Under the pieces are notes generated by a model. It was not told the origin of the DNA. It did not search any database and saw nothing but the letters and a program-made list of their open reading frames with translations. Of a stretch of 61,450 nt of DNA, positions 58,957 through 61,450 are shown piece by piece (within the stretch, counting starts at the first letter, position 1; every line of letters starts with the position of its first letter). A program made the translations under genes and the position numbers. The stretch covers positions 1-61,450 of the forward strand of contig JACQOJ010000145.1 of NCBI GenBank assembly GCA_016202605.1, written 5' to 3'. The stretch is from Betaproteobacteria bacterium (GTDB taxonomy: Bacteria; Pseudomonadota; Gammaproteobacteria; Burkholderiales; SG8-41).

Positions 58957-60759
58957 ATGACGATTCCCGGGGAAATCCTTGACAGTCTGCCGCACCTGCC
59001 CGGCGTCTACCGCATGCTGAATGCCGCAGACGAGGTGTTGTACGTGGGCAAGGCGCTGGACCTCAAAAAGCGTGTTGCTTCCTATTTCCAGAAAAGCGGC
59101 GGGGTCTCCCCCCGGGTGCAACTGATGGTTTCCCAGGTTGCGTCGATTCAAACCACGGTCACCCGCTCCGAGGCGGAAGCGTTGTTGCTCGAAAATAATT
59201 TAATAAAAACATTAAGTCCACGCTACAACATACTGTTTAGAGACGATAAATCATATCCGTACCTGGTGCTTACGGCACACCGATTTCCGCGTCTGGGATT
59301 CCATCGCGGCAGTCTCGAAAGGCCGCATCGCTACTTCGGTCCGTTCCCGAATGCGGGTGCGGTGCGGGAAAGCATCCAGTTGCTCCAGAAAGTTTTCCGC
59401 ATTCGCACATGCGAGGACACCGTATTCGGCAATCGCTCGCGGCCGTGCCTGCTGCACCAGATCCGGCGCTGTACCGCGCCCTGTGTCGGCCTGGTGACGG
59501 AGACGGAGTATGGCGAGGACGTGAACGGGGCCGAGCTCTTCCTCACCGGCAAGCAGGACGAGGTGATCGAGCGCCTCATCGCGCGCATGGACAGCGCGGC
59601 GGCAAGCATGCGTTACGAGGAGGCGGCCATCCACCGTGACCGGGTCGCAGCCCTGCGGAAAGTGCGCGAAAAACAGTTCGTGAGCAGCGATACGGAGCGC
59701 GATACCGACGTCATCGCCTGCGCTCGTGCGGGGAACGTCACCTGCGTCAACCTGGTGATGATTCGCGGCGGGCAGCACCTCGGGGACAGGAACTTCCTTC
59801 CGCGCAACGCCGATGAGTGTGCCGGCGAGCAGGTGATCGAGGCGTTCATGGGCCAGCATTATCTGCGGCACGCCATCCCGCCGCAGATCGTCATCGGCGC
59901 CACAACGGATGTAAAACCGCTGGAGGACATTCTGAGCGAGCAGGCCCGGCATCGCGTGCGCGTGGTGTGCGCTCCCGCCGGAACGCGTCGCGTCTGGCTT
60001 GAAATGGCGACCAAGAACGCGCGGTTGGGGGCGGCCCAGGCGTTGGGTCTCCAGGCGAATCGCGAGGCGCGTCTCGCGGCCCTGCAGCAGGCCCTGGAAC
60101 TGCCGGACACCGCCCGGCGCATCGAATGCTTCGACGTGAGCCACACGATGGGCGAAGCGACGGTGGGGTCGTGCGTCGTGCATGACCGCGCCGCCCTGCA
60201 GAAGGGTGAATACCGGCGTTACAACATTACCGATGTCGCTCCCGGCGACGATTACGGGGCGATGCGGCAGACGCTCATGCGCCGCTATCGCAGGCTCGTG
60301 TCGGGCGAAGGCAGGCTTCCCGACCTCGTGCTGATCGACGGCGGAAAAGGGCAGCTCGCGGTCGCGCAGGAGACATTCGCCGAGCTGGGCCTGAACGACG
60401 TGGCCCTGGTCGCGGTCGCAAAAGGGGAGGACAGGAAACCGGGGCTCGAGCAGTTGCTCGTGGCCGGAAGGCATGAACCCCTGCGGCTGTCCGGGGAGCA
60501 CCCGGGGCTGCACCTGATCCAGGAGATTCGCGACGAAGCGCACCGCTTTGCAATCGAAGGCCATCGCGCGCGGCGCGGCAAGACGCGGTCGAGTTCTCCT
60601 TTGGAGAGCATCGCGGGCGTCGGGGCGAAACGGCGCCAGAGGCTGCTCGCGCGTTTCGGCGGGCTGCGCGGCCTCCTGTCGGCGAGCATCGACGAACTTG
60701 CGCAGGTGGAGGGGATCAGCCGCGCGCTGGCCGAGAGGATTTACCGTGAGTTGCACTGA
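58957..60759 (+). CDS. uvrC: Excinuclease ABC subunit C
   Basis: GIY-YIG PGVYRM..LYVGKA, RIECFDVSH, IDGGKGQ, IRDEAHRFA and C-terminal HhH motifs. Confidence 0.97.
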   Translation: MTIPGEILDSLPHLPGVYRMLNAADEVLYVGKALDLKKRVASYFQKSGGVSPRVQLMVSQVASIQTTVTRSEAEALLLENNLIKTLSPRYNILFRDDKSYPYLVLTAHRFPRLGFHRGSLERPHRYFGPFPNAGAVRESIQLLQKVFRIRTCEDTVFGNRSRPCLLHQIRRCTAPCVGLVTETEYGEDVNGAELFLTGKQDEVIERLIARMDSAAASMRYEEAAIHRDRVAALRKVREKQFVSSDTERDTDVIACARAGNVTCVNLVMIRGGQHLGDRNFLPRNADECAGEQVIEAFMGQHYLRHAIPPQIVIGATTDVKPLEDILSEQARHRVRVVCAPAGTRRVWLEMATKNARLGAAQALGLQANREARLAALQQALELPDTARRIECFDVSHTMGEATVGSCVVHDRAALQKGEYRRYNITDVAPGDDYGAMRQTLMRRYRRLVSGEGRLPDLVLIDGGKGQLAVAQETFAELGLNDVALVAVAKGEDRKPGLEQLLVAGRHEPLRLSGEHPGLHLIQEIRDEAHRFAIEGHRARRGKTRSSSPLESIAGVGAKRRQRLLARFGGLRGLLSASIDELAQVEGISRALAERIYRELH

Positions 60760-60884
60760 AGAGGTGAGGGCTGACGCCGCTTCGCTACTGACGACTGACG
60801 GCAGCAAACCGCACTCCAACCACGGCCGACGGCCGGATCTGTCGTCACACGTCACCTCGTCAGTCGTCACTTTATCAGTCGTCA
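60757..60884. repeat. Inverted pair of degenerate 7-8-nt repeat arrays between uvrC and pgsA
   Basis: Left arm TGAAGAGG TGAGGGC TGACGCC ... TGACGAC TGACGGC. Right arm GTCGTCA CACGTCA CCTCGTCA GTCGTCA CTTTATCA GTCGTCA (60841-60884). Confidence 0.75.
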
Positions 60885-60919
60885 CCCCTTTTCCCGCCGC
60901 CGATAGGCGATAATCGCCG

Positions 60920-61450
60920 ATGCCATTCAATCTGCCCAATCTCCTGACCTGGCTCAGGATCATCCTGATCCCGCTGTTCGTCGGCATCTTCTACTTCGAA
61001 AAAAGCTGGGTTTCCGTACCGAATCAGAATCTGGTCGCGACAATCATCTTTACCGCTGCCGCGATCACCGACTGGCTCGATGGGTGGCTTGCGCGCAAGC
61101 TCAACCAGACTTCGGCATTCGGCGCTTTTCTCGACCCGGTGGCGGACAAGTTGATGGTCGCCGCGGCGTTGATTGTGCTAATCCAGCTCGGGCGCGTGGA
61201 TGCGATCATCGCCCTCATCATCATCGGCCGGGAAATCACGATCTCGGCACTCCGTGAGTGGATGGCGAAGATCGGCGCGTCCCGCAGCGTGGCGGTGTCC
61301 TTTCTCGGAAAGATCAAGACCATATCGCAGATGGTGGCGATCCCGTTGCTGCTCTACGACGATGCGATCGGAATTTTCAGCCCCCACATTGTCGGCACAT
61401 GGCTCATCTGGATGGCGGCAGTCCTGACGCTGGTATCGATGGCCTATTAC
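60920..61450 (+). CDS. pgsA: CDP-diacylglycerol--glycerol-3-phosphate 3-phosphatidyltransferase (truncated by window end)
   Basis: Not in ORF track because no stop occurs in the window. ATG 60920 reads MPFNLPNLLTWLRI...TDWLDGWLAR.LNQTSAFGAFLDPVADK (CDP-alcohol phosphotransferase motif); uvrC-pgsA synteny. Confidence 0.95.
   Translation, partial: MPFNLPNLLTWLRIILIPLFVGIFYFEKSWVSVPNQNLVATIIFTAAAITDWLDGWLARKLNQTSAFGAFLDPVADKLMVAAALIVLIQLGRVDAIIALIIIGREITISALREWMAKIGASRSVAVSFLGKIKTISQMVAIPLLLYDDAIGIFSPHIVGTWLIWMAAVLTLVSMAYY

Noticed and set aside
60920-61450. tRNA cluster or integration site often found after pgsA
   Set aside because: The window ends inside pgsA, so nothing downstream is visible.

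Overview
A GC-rich, almost fully coding chromosomal segment whose gene order and protein sequences indicate a betaproteobacterium (inference; no finer taxon can be supported). Most of it is core housekeeping operons: dapC(partial)/queF, smc-zipA-ligA-galU-(DsrE-like)-hpt-MTI phosphorylase-def, glnD/map, rpsB-tsf-pyrH-frr-uppS-cdsA-dxr-rseP-bamA-skp-lpxD-fabZ-lpxA-lpxB-rnhB, a TrmH-type methyltransferase, ppsR, pyrG-kdsA-eno-ftsB, folD, and rpoE-rseA-rseB-degP-lepA-lepB-DUF4845-rnc-era-recO-pdxJ-acpS-nagZ-udg-uvrC-pgsA(partial). Two accessory blocks stand out. (1) A divergent senB/senA-like pair (selenosugar synthase and selenoneine synthase families) sits between rnhB and the TrmH gene, with no senC/selD or egtD in the window. 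(2) The 38.7-46.6 kb block holds a 43-aa membrane microprotein missed by the ORF track, a 1176-aa GltD/NfnB-like + PyrK/NfnA-like flavin-FeS fusion, an omega-amino acid transaminase, a PuuE-like CE4 hydrolase and a betaine-type ABC binding-protein/permease fusion with no ATPase. Non-coding signals include 7-nt repeat arrays that start at the TGA stop codons of eno, lepA and uvrC (two have inverted partner arms), AT-rich codon patches inside smc, kdsA and uvrC, the rpsB (t44-like) leader, and a hairpin abutting the lepA start. I saw no tRNA, rRNA, CRISPR array, transposase or integrase. All family calls come from motif recognition by eye; no searches were run.
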